Below, in pieces: positions 19,071-28,113 of a stretch of DNA of 64,000 nucleotides. The DNA comes from Candidatus Aenigmatarchaeota archaeon. Its GTDB lineage: Archaea; Aenigmatarchaeota; Aenigmatarchaeia; QMZP01; QMZT01. The notes under the pieces are model-generated. The model was not told the origin of the DNA. It was given only the letters and a program-made list of their open reading frames with translations, and made no database searches. The stretch lies in the NCBI GenBank assembly GCA_026397315.1, contig JAPLVC010000001.1, positions 1 through 64,000 of the forward strand, in the 5' to 3' direction. The first letter of the stretch is position 1. Each line of letters opens with the position of its first letter. Position numbers and translations under genes: made by a program.

Positions 19071-21041
19071 TTATTGCGAAAGCTGGCCCTTCGCTGCTGG
19101 AATGAACTTCTGGAACTCGTCCAGCGGGATTTTCTCCAGAGTCTCCCTTGCGTCTGGAGCGGCTTTTATGAGAATCGCATTTCTTATTCTTCTCGCGAGC
19201 TGCTTTGCTTCTTCGTCGCCGGGCCTTATGACGGCGAAGGCCTGCGTTTGCTTGCTGACGGTTGCGACCGGACCTGCGACGATCTCTGGCGGCGTGTCCT
19301 TTTCCAGCTTAACGCCTATCGCCATCTTCAGCTCCGTGCCCCGGAACCATTCGCGCTCGCCGTAAATCATGAAACTTCCCTTGGGCAGATATTCGCCGGG
19401 CTGCGCCTGCTTCGAGACCTGCTCGGGCTTTATGCAGTAAACATCGATGGTCCCGACGCCCGCCTGCCATGCCTTCGAATAAGATGCCGTGAATTCTGCG
19501 GCTTCTTTTTTCGCAACGTCTGTGATGGCCTTGCCTTCAGAACGAATGACGACGAAAGGCGAGCCCTGTATGTCCGAGTGCAGGACCAGGTCGCTCTTGC
19601 CAGCGTATTTTTTCACCAGAACTTCGTTCGACGTCGCGTCCTTGCCGCCGACTATGAGAAATCCGTCGCTAGAAACGAACCACCTGAACTTCTCGAACCA
19701 TTTCTTGTCTTTCTTTTCGACTTTCGCTAGCCTGCCTTTCGTTTCGATTTCCGGAACCTCTTCCATTTTTTTCTTCGTTTTTTTCATCGCCTCGCTCACG
19801 CCCGCGATTTTCTTCTTCGCGAACTTGGAGCGCTCGTAATAGGCCTGCGCGTTCTCCATGACTGTCCTGCGGAAATCGATTTCCAGCCTGCTGCCTTCTA
19901 TCTCTAGTATGACGAGCGCCTTGCTCTCCTTTATTTCCTTGACCATCTTGCCGTCCGGCAGCTCTTTGATGACCGCCTTGATCTCGTCCCAGGAAAGGCC
20001 GGAAGCCTTCATCTTGTTTATCCAGTCGATGATGCCCTCGACCTGAGCGTAATTGTTGTAAATAAGGTCTGCCATCGACTTCTTCTCTTCTCGGGCGACT
20101 TCCCATTTCTGCAGAGACGACGATTGCTCGTTAAGCATGCGGCCGTATTTATCGCGATGCGTTGCGACTACGTCTTTCCCGTAGTTCTCGGCCTGCACTA
20201 TCTGCTGCTCCATGTAGAACTCGTCCAGCGCGGAGTAGAACGTTTCCGTCTGTTTTAGCGCGCTGCCTGCATCGGGATTCTGCAGCTCGAACGGCGCTAC
20301 AGCATTCTCGTATATGGTGGGCTTTACCGTGAAATTGTCAATCTCCCTTATGGTGTTGAAAAGCGATACGCAAAGGCCAGGACTCATGCGCTCCGCCGGC
20401 GTGTCTGCATCTATCTTCGCTAGTAAGCATATCTCTTTCGCGTAAAGCGGGCCGAAGCCCATGCCTGCGGCGATGACTGCGATTATCTTCTTGTTTATTT
20501 GAGAAAGGTATTCGCGCATGTATTCGAAGCTCACCGCGAAAGGGTTTATGCGCGTCGGCGGATAAGCGTAAGCGACTTTTGGCCTGAGGATGCGGTCCTT
20601 CCAGTCCTGCGTGTAGAGCGGCATTAATATTTTGCGCTCGGTGTCGCAGAGGATGAGGTTGCCATCTGCGAAAAGCTCGATCACCAGCACGTTGTTAGCA
20701 GTCTCTATCTCGACTATCCTGTCGAAGCCGTGCTGGCGGACGTCGAGTATTTTCGTCGCTTCCATTCGCTTTCGTAACAGCTGGCAGAAGCCCGGCGGCT
20801 CGGACGGCGATGGCTTCCTGTAAGTGGTTATGAAAATCCTGTTCTTGTCCGCGTAGAGCCAGAGCTGACCCTTCCCGGGCGCGAATACCTCGAAGAGGAA
20901 CTGGTGCGTCTTCTCGTTCGGTTTGCCCGGAACCGGGATTTCATACTGGTAGATTTTCCTGATATACCCGTTCGCTAACGATGACTTCAGCTCTTTAGCC
21001 AGAAAGCGCAGGTCGAGCGACGACATCTCGTAGTTTTCCAT
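19071..21041 (-). CDS. rqcH: Ribosome quality-control protein Rqc2/NFACT
   Basis: MSSLDL, FDRIV, ELF.GNLIL, KWFEKFRWF, GGKDATSNE, GEYLPKGSFMIYG. Confidence 0.9.
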   Translation of the reverse strand: MENYEMSSLDLRFLAKELKSSLANGYIRKIYQYEIPVPGKPNEKTHQFLFEVFAPGKGQLWLYADKNRIFITTYRKPSPSEPPGFCQLLRKRMEATKILDVRQHGFDRIVEIETANNVLVIELFADGNLILCDTERKILMPLYTQDWKDRILRPKVAYAYPPTRINPFAVSFEYMREYLSQINKKIIAVIAAGMGFGPLYAKEICLLAKIDADTPAERMSPGLCVSLFNTIREIDNFTVKPTIYENAVAPFELQNPDAGSALKQTETFYSALDEFYMEQQIVQAENYGKDVVATHRDKYGRMLNEQSSSLQKWEVAREEKKSMADLIYNNYAQVEGIIDWINKMKASGLSWDEIKAVIKELPDGKMVKEIKESKALVILEIEGSRLEIDFRRTVMENAQAYYERSKFAKKKIAGVSEAMKKTKKKMEEVPEIETKGRLAKVEKKDKKWFEKFRWFVSSDGFLIVGGKDATSNEVLVKKYAGKSDLVLHSDIQGSPFVVIRSEGKAITDVAKKEAAEFTASYSKAWQAGVGTIDVYCIKPEQVSKQAQPGEYLPKGSFMIYGEREWFRGTELKMAIGVKLEKDTPPEIVAGPVATVSKQTQAFAVIRPGDEEAKQLARRIRNAILIKAAPDARETLEKIPLDEFQKFIPAAKGQLSQ

Positions 21042-21076
21042 GATAATTAATTCGCCGGCGGGTTATTTAATCTGTC

Positions 21077-22270
21077 TCATTTGGATTGCCTGAGAACAAA
21101 AGGTATGAGGTCGTTGCCCTTTATCATGAAGCCGCACTCGCACGACTTTTCGTCGAACTTCCTGGCGATGCCGGGTTTTATGCCGTCACCTGCGACGAGA
21201 ACCGGGACCGGGTCACCGGTGTGCCTGTAAAGCTTGTAAGCCGGGTCGCTCGCCGTCCGGTGGTCGGACGTTATGACAATCGCAGTGTTTTTCATGTCCA
21301 CCGCTTTCATCAGCCCGCCAAGCTGCCCGTCTATTTTCTCTATGAATCCCGTCTTTTCGTCACGCTTCGCGTCGTGGGAAAGTATGTCGGTGCCGTTGAT
21401 GTGCAAAAGGACGAAATCATACGCTTTCATCGCTTCCGCGGCTTTTTCGAACTTGCCTTTCAGGTTCGTGTCGGGATAGCCTGTCGCTCCGGGGACTGTG
21501 ATGATGTCCATGCCCAGGAACGCAGCGACGCCTTTGATTATGGGGATGCCGCCTATGCAGCAGGAGCGCATGCCATACTTTTTTTTGAATGGCTCAACTG
21601 CCGTCTTCCTCGAGAAGCCGCGCATCAGGATAACGTTGGCCGGGAATTTCCTCTCTTTGTTTACGCTTTCCGTGGAAAGCATTTTGCCTGTCTTGAATAC
21701 GAATTTGTTCAATACGCTGGACGTGAATTTCGCTTCCGCGTTTTTCGCCTTGAACTGGAGCACGGGCACGCCTTCCTCTTCCGGGTCGTTGGATTCGACG
21801 TTTTCGGAAAGCTTGACATTCTCATCAAGCGGCCTCATGACTATTACCACCCTGTGACCAGCGGACTTTTTCAGGAAGAAATGGACGCCGTCTATCTCGA
21901 TGCCGTCGAGCCTTTCAGTGAGCTCTTCGAGCCCGGTTTCGTCGCGTCCCGCGCGGCGGTCGAGGATGTTGCCGTTAGCCCCGAGCGTCGCAAAGTTGCC
22001 GCGGATGCAGACATCGCTTTCTCGTATGTCTTCCATGCCGAGGCCCAGCGCCTCGAGGTAGCCGCGGCCCGGGTATGTTTCTTTGGAGTAGAAACCCAGA
22101 AGGCTGAGATACCCGAAATCCGACTGCGGCGTTCCTTTATAGCATATGTCGAGAAGCCCGCACGCCCCTTTCGCTGCCAGCGCCGACATGTTGGGTTTCC
22201 TGGCAATTTCATAGGGAGTCTTCTTGCCTACGTCGCCACCGCCGTCGAGCACCAGCATCAGAATTTTCAT
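21077..22270 (-). CDS. apgM: 2,3-bisphosphoglycerate-independent phosphoglycerate mutase
   Basis: LDGGGD, QSD, GRGYLEALG, DRRAGR, D..SHD, TSDH, HTGDPVP. Confidence 0.9.
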   Translation of the reverse strand: MKILMLVLDGGGDVGKKTPYEIARKPNMSALAAKGACGLLDICYKGTPQSDFGYLSLLGFYSKETYPGRGYLEALGLGMEDIRESDVCIRGNFATLGANGNILDRRAGRDETGLEELTERLDGIEIDGVHFFLKKSAGHRVVIVMRPLDENVKLSENVESNDPEEEGVPVLQFKAKNAEAKFTSSVLNKFVFKTGKMLSTESVNKERKFPANVILMRGFSRKTAVEPFKKKYGMRSCCIGGIPIIKGVAAFLGMDIITVPGATGYPDTNLKGKFEKAAEAMKAYDFVLLHINGTDILSHDAKRDEKTGFIEKIDGQLGGLMKAVDMKNTAIVITSDHRTASDPAYKLYRHTGDPVPVLVAGDGIKPGIARKFDEKSCECGFMIKGNDLIPFVLRQSK

Positions 22271-22440
22271 GGTTTTTTCACCATTAATTCTTATACAAAA
22301 CTACTATAAAAGCCGTTCCCAGCGTAGCCCACCCCCCATTCCGGAACATTAACCGTTTGTTATGCCGGGAAAAAATTCTCTAAAAAATTTATACTAATAT
22401 ACTATTACAGAAAAGAGGAATGAAAGAAGAGGAAAGCTGC

Positions 22441-23979
22441 TCATCTCTCGAGGATGAAATACCTGTCTTCCTCGGCGTGCGGGACTTCGTCCAGCAGCAT
22501 GCCGCGCTCTTTCCCGACGCCTATCACGTCGAGCTTGCGGACATTCTCTATGGCACGGCTGAGCTTATTGTTTTTCTCGGCGTATATCTCGAAAAGCACT
22601 TCGCCTTTCCTGACCTTGTCGCCGAGCTTTTTCTTGAAATATATTCCAGCCCCCTTGTCCCTTGGGGCGCCGGCGTCCCTTGCGATTATGTCTATACCCT
22701 TATTGCTTATCCACAGCACCTTGCCTGACTTGCTGGATTTGAACTCGGCAACATATTTGCCGGAATGAAGGTCCTCGGGCTTTATGTCCGGGTTGCCTCC
22801 CTGCGCCTCGATTATTTCCCTGAGTTTCTTGTATGCCTTACCGGATTTCAGGATTTCAAGTGCGGCCTGCTTGCCGTCTTTCGCCCCTGCGAATCCGAGC
22901 AGCACGCCCGCGAGCGTCGTGGCCTTGTCGACCAGGTCGGGCGGGCCGTGGCCGTGCATGACGGTGCTGAGAGCCTCTCTCGCTTCCATCATCGGCCCGA
23001 CGGCGTGGCCGATCGGTTGGTCGGCGAAAGTCGAGATGCAATCTACCTTTATGCCTAATTTTTTTCCCAGCTGTATGAATTCGCATGCAAGATTTTCGAA
23101 TTCTTCCTTGGTTCTGATTTTCGTTTCCCTCCCGGTCGGAATATCGATGACAAGATACTTCGCGTTGACGCATTTCTTCTTGGACATGACGGACGGCAGC
23201 AAGAACGGGTCTATCGAAAGCGGGTATTCTATCTTTATGAAAATATCATCCGCCGGCGCTAAATCGACCGCTCCGCCCCATACCATGCAGGCATTGGTCT
23301 TGTTGACCACCCTGCGCACTTCATCCAGCGAGAGATTGACAGGCATGATGCATTCGACCCTGTCCGCGCTGCCCGCAGGCGACGTGATGGCTCGCGAAGA
23401 AGTCTTGGGAATTGTGAGGCCCGCTGCCGCGACAATCGGGACGACCACGATGGTCGTCTTGTCCCCGGGACAGCCGCCGATGGAGTGCTTGTCGTAAACC
23501 GCCTTGGTCCTGAGGTTGAGCGAGCGGCCCGTCTTGGTCATGGATTCCGAGAGGCTGGCGATCTCGCCCATGGTCATGCCCTTGTTGTAAAGCGACGTGA
23601 CGAACGCCGTCAGCTCTATGTCGGAAAGCCTGTGGTGCACGGTATCGACTATTATGGCATGTATTTCCTTGGGTGTGAGCGTGTGGCCGAGAAGTTTTCT
23701 TTTTATGAACGCCATCGACTTGGGCGGCGGCGCGGTCTGGACGTGCACTTTCTCGTCCGGCTTGACGTCGAGATGCTCCTGTATCTCCTCGTAAAGGCCT
23801 ATCTCGCCCTCGCGCACTATCTTCTTCGCGATGTTCACTATGGCGACTACCTTGTCCTTGCCAAAAGAAAGCTCCACCCTGTCGAGCGGCTTTATGCCCA
23901 GCTCGGCCGCGTCCTCGATGTTGAAAATGGCGACCGGCTTATCAGCTTCAAGCTGCAGGAACTTCGCGCGCAAAAACAT
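22441..23979 (-). CDS. deoA: AMP phosphorylase
   Basis: N-terminal extra domain, DKHSIGG, KTSSRAITSPAG, WGGAVDLAPADD. Confidence 0.92.
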   Translation of the reverse strand: MFLRAKFLQLEADKPVAIFNIEDAAELGIKPLDRVELSFGKDKVVAIVNIAKKIVREGEIGLYEEIQEHLDVKPDEKVHVQTAPPPKSMAFIKRKLLGHTLTPKEIHAIIVDTVHHRLSDIELTAFVTSLYNKGMTMGEIASLSESMTKTGRSLNLRTKAVYDKHSIGGCPGDKTTIVVVPIVAAAGLTIPKTSSRAITSPAGSADRVECIMPVNLSLDEVRRVVNKTNACMVWGGAVDLAPADDIFIKIEYPLSIDPFLLPSVMSKKKCVNAKYLVIDIPTGRETKIRTKEEFENLACEFIQLGKKLGIKVDCISTFADQPIGHAVGPMMEAREALSTVMHGHGPPDLVDKATTLAGVLLGFAGAKDGKQAALEILKSGKAYKKLREIIEAQGGNPDIKPEDLHSGKYVAEFKSSKSGKVLWISNKGIDIIARDAGAPRDKGAGIYFKKKLGDKVRKGEVLFEIYAEKNNKLSRAIENVRKLDVIGVGKERGMLLDEVPHAEEDRYFILER

Positions 23980-24021
23980 ATTGCAAACCCCAACATCAAC
24001 CCAATTTCAAATATAGTATTA

Positions 24022-25302
24022 TTATCTTTTGACGCCCCACTTTTTTATTGCTATTGCCAGTTCCTCGTTTTTCAGGGAGTATTCATCCAGCGAGACGCCT
24101 TTCATGTAAGCCTCGAGGGCCTGGCGCATCGCTTTCGCTCCAGCCTCGCTGCCCCACGGGTGGCCGTGCACGCCTCCGCCGGCCTGGATTATGACATTGT
24201 TGCCCATTATCTTCAGCAGTTTGGGCAGGCTGCCCGGGTAAAGGCCGCCCGATGCGACGGCGAAGACCGGCTTGACGTTGTACCAGAACTGCTCCAGCGA
24301 ATGGCCACTTCTCAGCTCAGTGACGAACTTGCTCTCAATCTCGTCCTCTATCTCGCTCGTCTCGTCACCGGACATTTTTCCGACGTTCGCGGTCCCGACG
24401 TGTATCTGGTCGACGCCGATCAGCCTCGCCAGTTTCGCTATGACCAGCATCGAAATGCCGTGCTTATTGCTCTTGGTGAAGGCCGCATGCCCTGCGCGGT
24501 GCGCGTGCAGTATCAGGTTCATCTCGTTATTGTAATTGCGCACAGTTTGCAAGCCCGACCAGCCTATCGACACGATATCGACCATCGCGTACTCGCAGCC
24601 GTGGTCCTTGACAAACTTCATCCTGCGCAGCATTTCGCTCGTCTCGGCCGTGATGTTGGGCATGTAGAATTTTCCTTCGCCCGTTTCTTCCTCGGCGCGG
24701 TCGCGCATCTTGAGCGTTTCGACGACGCGCTTTTCGAAGCGGTTGAAGCCCATGCTCGTGAGGTTCTCGTCGTCCTTCACTATGTCCAGGCCGCCGACCC
24801 ATGATTCGAAGGCGGATTTCGCATGCTCGCTTTCGCTGAGGCCGAGCTTCGGCTTCACTATCGTCCCTAGCAACGGACGTCTTTTGACGCGCAACTTCTG
24901 GCGTATGCCGGGAATGCCGAACTTCGGCCCTGAGAAGGACTTTATGTATCTTTCCGGCAGGCGGATGTCGAGAAGACGCAGGTTCTCTAATGTCTTCATG
25001 CCGAAAACGTTTCCGGCGATAGAGCTCATGAGCTGCGGCACGTTGCCCGGCTCGAACAGAGCTAGCGGATAAGAGATGCGGGCTATCTTTTCCTTCTTGT
25101 TGATAGAAAATACGGTCGGCCTGAGGTCGCGCCATATGCGCGCCTTCATCGTGCTCACTTCTGTCCACGTGCCTATGGAGCTCTCGCCTGTCAGATCGTT
25201 GCACGCCTTCTCGAATGACGTCTTGTTCGGCTCGAGATAGAATTCGGCGATAACGTCGTCCCTTGAAGGGACGTGATCAAGATCGATATACTCGTTTCTC
25301 AT
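24022..25302 (-). CDS. rbcL: RuBisCO large subunit, form III type
   Basis: ESSIGTW, TIVKPKLGL, KDDE, HAHRAGH, GKM loop 6, SGG, QAGGGVHGHP. Confidence 0.93.
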   Translation of the reverse strand: MRNEYIDLDHVPSRDDVIAEFYLEPNKTSFEKACNDLTGESSIGTWTEVSTMKARIWRDLRPTVFSINKKEKIARISYPLALFEPGNVPQLMSSIAGNVFGMKTLENLRLLDIRLPERYIKSFSGPKFGIPGIRQKLRVKRRPLLGTIVKPKLGLSESEHAKSAFESWVGGLDIVKDDENLTSMGFNRFEKRVVETLKMRDRAEEETGEGKFYMPNITAETSEMLRRMKFVKDHGCEYAMVDIVSIGWSGLQTVRNYNNEMNLILHAHRAGHAAFTKSNKHGISMLVIAKLARLIGVDQIHVGTANVGKMSGDETSEIEDEIESKFVTELRSGHSLEQFWYNVKPVFAVASGGLYPGSLPKLLKIMGNNVIIQAGGGVHGHPWGSEAGAKAMRQALEAYMKGVSLDEYSLKNEELAIAIKKWGVKR

Positions 25303-25385
25303 GGCAACGCACCCGCATGACCCGCAATATATATAATTTGAATTCCAGCATAAAAGTATTTTAGCTTCAAAGACAAGCTAGAAGC

Positions 25386-25463
25386 ATGGCATCAAAAATA
25401 AGCGTTAGCAGGAAAGGCAAAATTAAAACGACCAAAAAAGCTAGCCAACATGGTACTATATAA
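25386..25463 (+). CDS. Candidate 25-aa precursor peptide MASKISVSRKGKIKTTKKASQHGTI (not in ORF track)
   Basis: ATG..TAA ORF with an AT-rich TATA-like segment about 25-30 nt upstream and a T-rich terminator downstream. Convergent with the RRE-like/M50 protease. Confidence 0.55.
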   Translation: MASKISVSRKGKIKTTKKASQHGTI

Positions 25464-25502
25464 TTTTTTGTAAGCGTTTTTTATTTTTCTTTCTGAGTTG
25501 TT

Positions 25503-26723
25503 TTAGCTTCTGCTATGCTTTGGCTTTCTTATTTTTCTTCTGAAATGGCCCCTCATGACAGCGTAGCCGAGCAGCCCGTATTCAGCGCCGAAGATGAGGA
25601 GAAAAGCCATGCTGTCAAGAATCTTCTGCGGATCGGAAGACACGAACAGGTTCGTCATGGAAGTCGTGAAGACTTGGTAGATGATGGGTATGTCAAAAAC
25701 AAGGAAGCTCACGACGGCTATCGACGTCCCCGCGAGGAAGAAAACGGAGAATATTTCGGTTACAGTGTACTCCCTCCCGCCGGCCCGGGGTCTGCCGCCC
25801 TTGCCAAGCATTCCCATGAACTCCGCCCTGATGAACTTAAGCGACTTTTCGTACAGGCCTTCAGTCTTCAGGAGCGTCTCGAAGATGAGATAGACATCCG
25901 TCTTCATGAAAAACATGAACTGCCAGACTAGCCCGAGTATTTCCATCATGACAAGATAACGCAGCACGAGATAGACGTGATAAGGCAGGGGCAGCGCGCC
26001 CGTGTCGGAAAGAAACATGGCGAAAATGAAGAGCGAGATGAAAAGGACGTCGCTCGCCATGCCGGCGAAATATATCCTGAGCCTCTTTATTCTCGGCAGC
26101 CTCCACACGTTAGTGACGTCGGTGACGGCGACCAGGTAATACAGCCTGTAGTCTATGCCGAAATCCGCCTTTATCCCGCAGGATATCGCGGCTAGGAAAT
26201 GGGAGAACTCGTGCCTCGTGACCATGATTATGCTGAGCAGGAAAGAAACCGCCGCTATGAACGTGTAGCTTTGACTGAAAAAGAAATCCTCGTATCTCGG
26301 CACGTAGTCGGGGTTTGCGATGACGAGGAAGAGGGCGAAAGTGACGAACATGACATAAGCGAAGTAGGCAGGCTTGGAGAAAATCCAGGACACGTGCCCT
26401 GGCTTCAGCCACGGGAAAAGATAATGCGCCTTCTTCCTCTTCTTCAGCTTCCTGCCGCCTATGCTCCTGACGAAGCCGTCCTGGGCGAGCTCGCGGACGA
26501 AGCCTTTAACATCGAAATCTTTGCCGTATTTTTTACGGGCTTCCTTCCCGGCCTGCTCCACGGTCCTGCCGGACTTGAGGAGCCGGATTATATCGAGGCC
26601 CGCGTCAGGTATGCCGATATAGTCCTCCGTCTCCTGCCTTCCTATTATGTATTCATTGCCTTCTTTCCTGGAGGAAATCCTGAAGAAATGAATCTCGTCC
26701 GTGTCGCTTATCCTCAGCACCAT
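25503..26723 (-). CDS. PqqD/RRE-like N-terminal domain fused to an M50-type intramembrane Zn metalloprotease
   Basis: N-terminal 3-strand plus 3-helix pattern (YIIGR..YIGIP..IIRLLKSG..DVKGFVRELAQDGFV), HEFSH, IYFAGMASD, QFMFFMKTDVY. Confidence 0.8.
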   Translation of the reverse strand: MVLRISDTDEIHFFRISSRKEGNEYIIGRQETEDYIGIPDAGLDIIRLLKSGRTVEQAGKEARKKYGKDFDVKGFVRELAQDGFVRSIGGRKLKKRKKAHYLFPWLKPGHVSWIFSKPAYFAYVMFVTFALFLVIANPDYVPRYEDFFFSQSYTFIAAVSFLLSIIMVTRHEFSHFLAAISCGIKADFGIDYRLYYLVAVTDVTNVWRLPRIKRLRIYFAGMASDVLFISLFIFAMFLSDTGALPLPYHVYLVLRYLVMMEILGLVWQFMFFMKTDVYLIFETLLKTEGLYEKSLKFIRAEFMGMLGKGGRPRAGGREYTVTEIFSVFFLAGTSIAVVSFLVFDIPIIYQVFTTSMTNLFVSSDPQKILDSMAFLLIFGAEYGLLGYAVMRGHFRRKIRKPKHSRS

Positions 26724-26787
26724 GTTAATACTTTCGGCGAGGATATTGAAAAATCAGTAATTCATATCCTGCTGGTATTTTTATTTT

Positions 26788-28053
26788 TCACTGGCCGTAG
26801 TCCTTCTTGCTGGAATACGTCGACTCGCCCATGTACTCGCTCTTCACCGTGTAAAACCTGTCCTCGCTTTTAGCGCCCAAGTTTATCTCGTATTTGTCAT
26901 CTTTCTCGTGCGTCTCCTCGAACGACTTTTTCACGACCATCTCAAAGATCTTGTATGGCGGGTCGATCTTCGAAATGCCTCGGTCGCTGGAGGCGAAGCG
27001 CCAGATCTCTTTGCCGTCGAGGTCGATGCAATATAAATGGCAATCCCAAGAGCCATCGTAAAGCCTGTCCTTCCATACGGCAGGCGGGCTCCATACCGGG
27101 CCGCCCGTCTTGAATCTCCAGATTTCCTTGCCCTCATTATTCAGGCAGTAAATGTTGCCGTTTTCGCTGCCGAAGTAAACCCTGTCTTTGTGGCAGGTTA
27201 TGCCGACGGCCACAAGCGCGCCGGCGTTGAAGCGCCACAGCTCCTTGCCTTTCATTGAAATGGCATAGAGTATTCCGTCCCTGGAATTGATGTATATGAC
27301 ATTGTCTTGGACGGAAGGCACGCAGCAAATGCCATACTTGCCGGTCCTGAACCTCCAGAGCTCCTTCCCGCTTCCAGCGTCGAGCGCATAGAGGTTGTTG
27401 TCCATGCAGCCGAAATACACAACGCCTTTGTAAAGCAACACGGGCAACTCGTTTATGATCTCATCGCCTGCCCTGAAGCGCCAGACTTCCTTGCCATCCG
27501 GAGTGATGCAGTAAAAGTTGCAGTCGCCCGAGCCAAAATAGATTTTTCCGTCATATGCGCTCGGGCCGCAATAGACGTAATCGCCTGTTTTGAATCTCCA
27601 CATCTCCCTGCCTTCCGCGTTAAGGCAGTAAAGGTTGCCGTCCAGCGAACTGAAATAAACCCGTCCGTCATGAAACAGCGGCTTTGTAGTCACGCCGCCG
27701 CCTGCCTTGAACCTCCAAACCAGTTTTCCCGTCTTGGCTTCCAGCGCGTATAGTGAGCCTGACATCGCCCCGATGTAGATTGTCTTGCCGTCGGACTCGG
27801 CCGAGTTGCAAGCCAGCTGGCCTTCGGCCTTGTATTTCCACACGAGCTTTCCGGTTTCGCATTCCACAGCGTAAACGTAACGGTCCATTGACCCGAAATA
27901 AACCGCACTGTCGACTATTTTCGGCAGGCAGAATATGCTGCCTCCGGGACCCACGCTGGTGGCGCGCGTCAGAAGGGATTCCCTTTTCTTGACCTCGAAG
28001 TCCTCGAGCTCCAGCTCGAAGCCGGAAAAACCGTCGTTCAGATTCGCATTCAT
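26788..28053 (-). CDS. PQQ-binding-like (BamB-type) beta-propeller repeat protein
   Basis: About eight YFGSxDxxLYxLxxxGKExWRF repeats. Confidence 0.88.
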   Translation of the reverse strand: MNANLNDGFSGFELELEDFEVKKRESLLTRATSVGPGGSIFCLPKIVDSAVYFGSMDRYVYAVECETGKLVWKYKAEGQLACNSAESDGKTIYIGAMSGSLYALEAKTGKLVWRFKAGGGVTTKPLFHDGRVYFSSLDGNLYCLNAEGREMWRFKTGDYVYCGPSAYDGKIYFGSGDCNFYCITPDGKEVWRFRAGDEIINELPVLLYKGVVYFGCMDNNLYALDAGSGKELWRFRTGKYGICCVPSVQDNVIYINSRDGILYAISMKGKELWRFNAGALVAVGITCHKDRVYFGSENGNIYCLNNEGKEIWRFKTGGPVWSPPAVWKDRLYDGSWDCHLYCIDLDGKEIWRFASSDRGISKIDPPYKIFEMVVKKSFEETHEKDDKYEINLGAKSEDRFYTVKSEYMGESTYSSKKDYGQ

Positions 28054-28113
28054 GTCTATATGTATAAATTAGGAATTTAACAATATTATTATAGGTTGGG
28101 TTTGTGATTTGGC

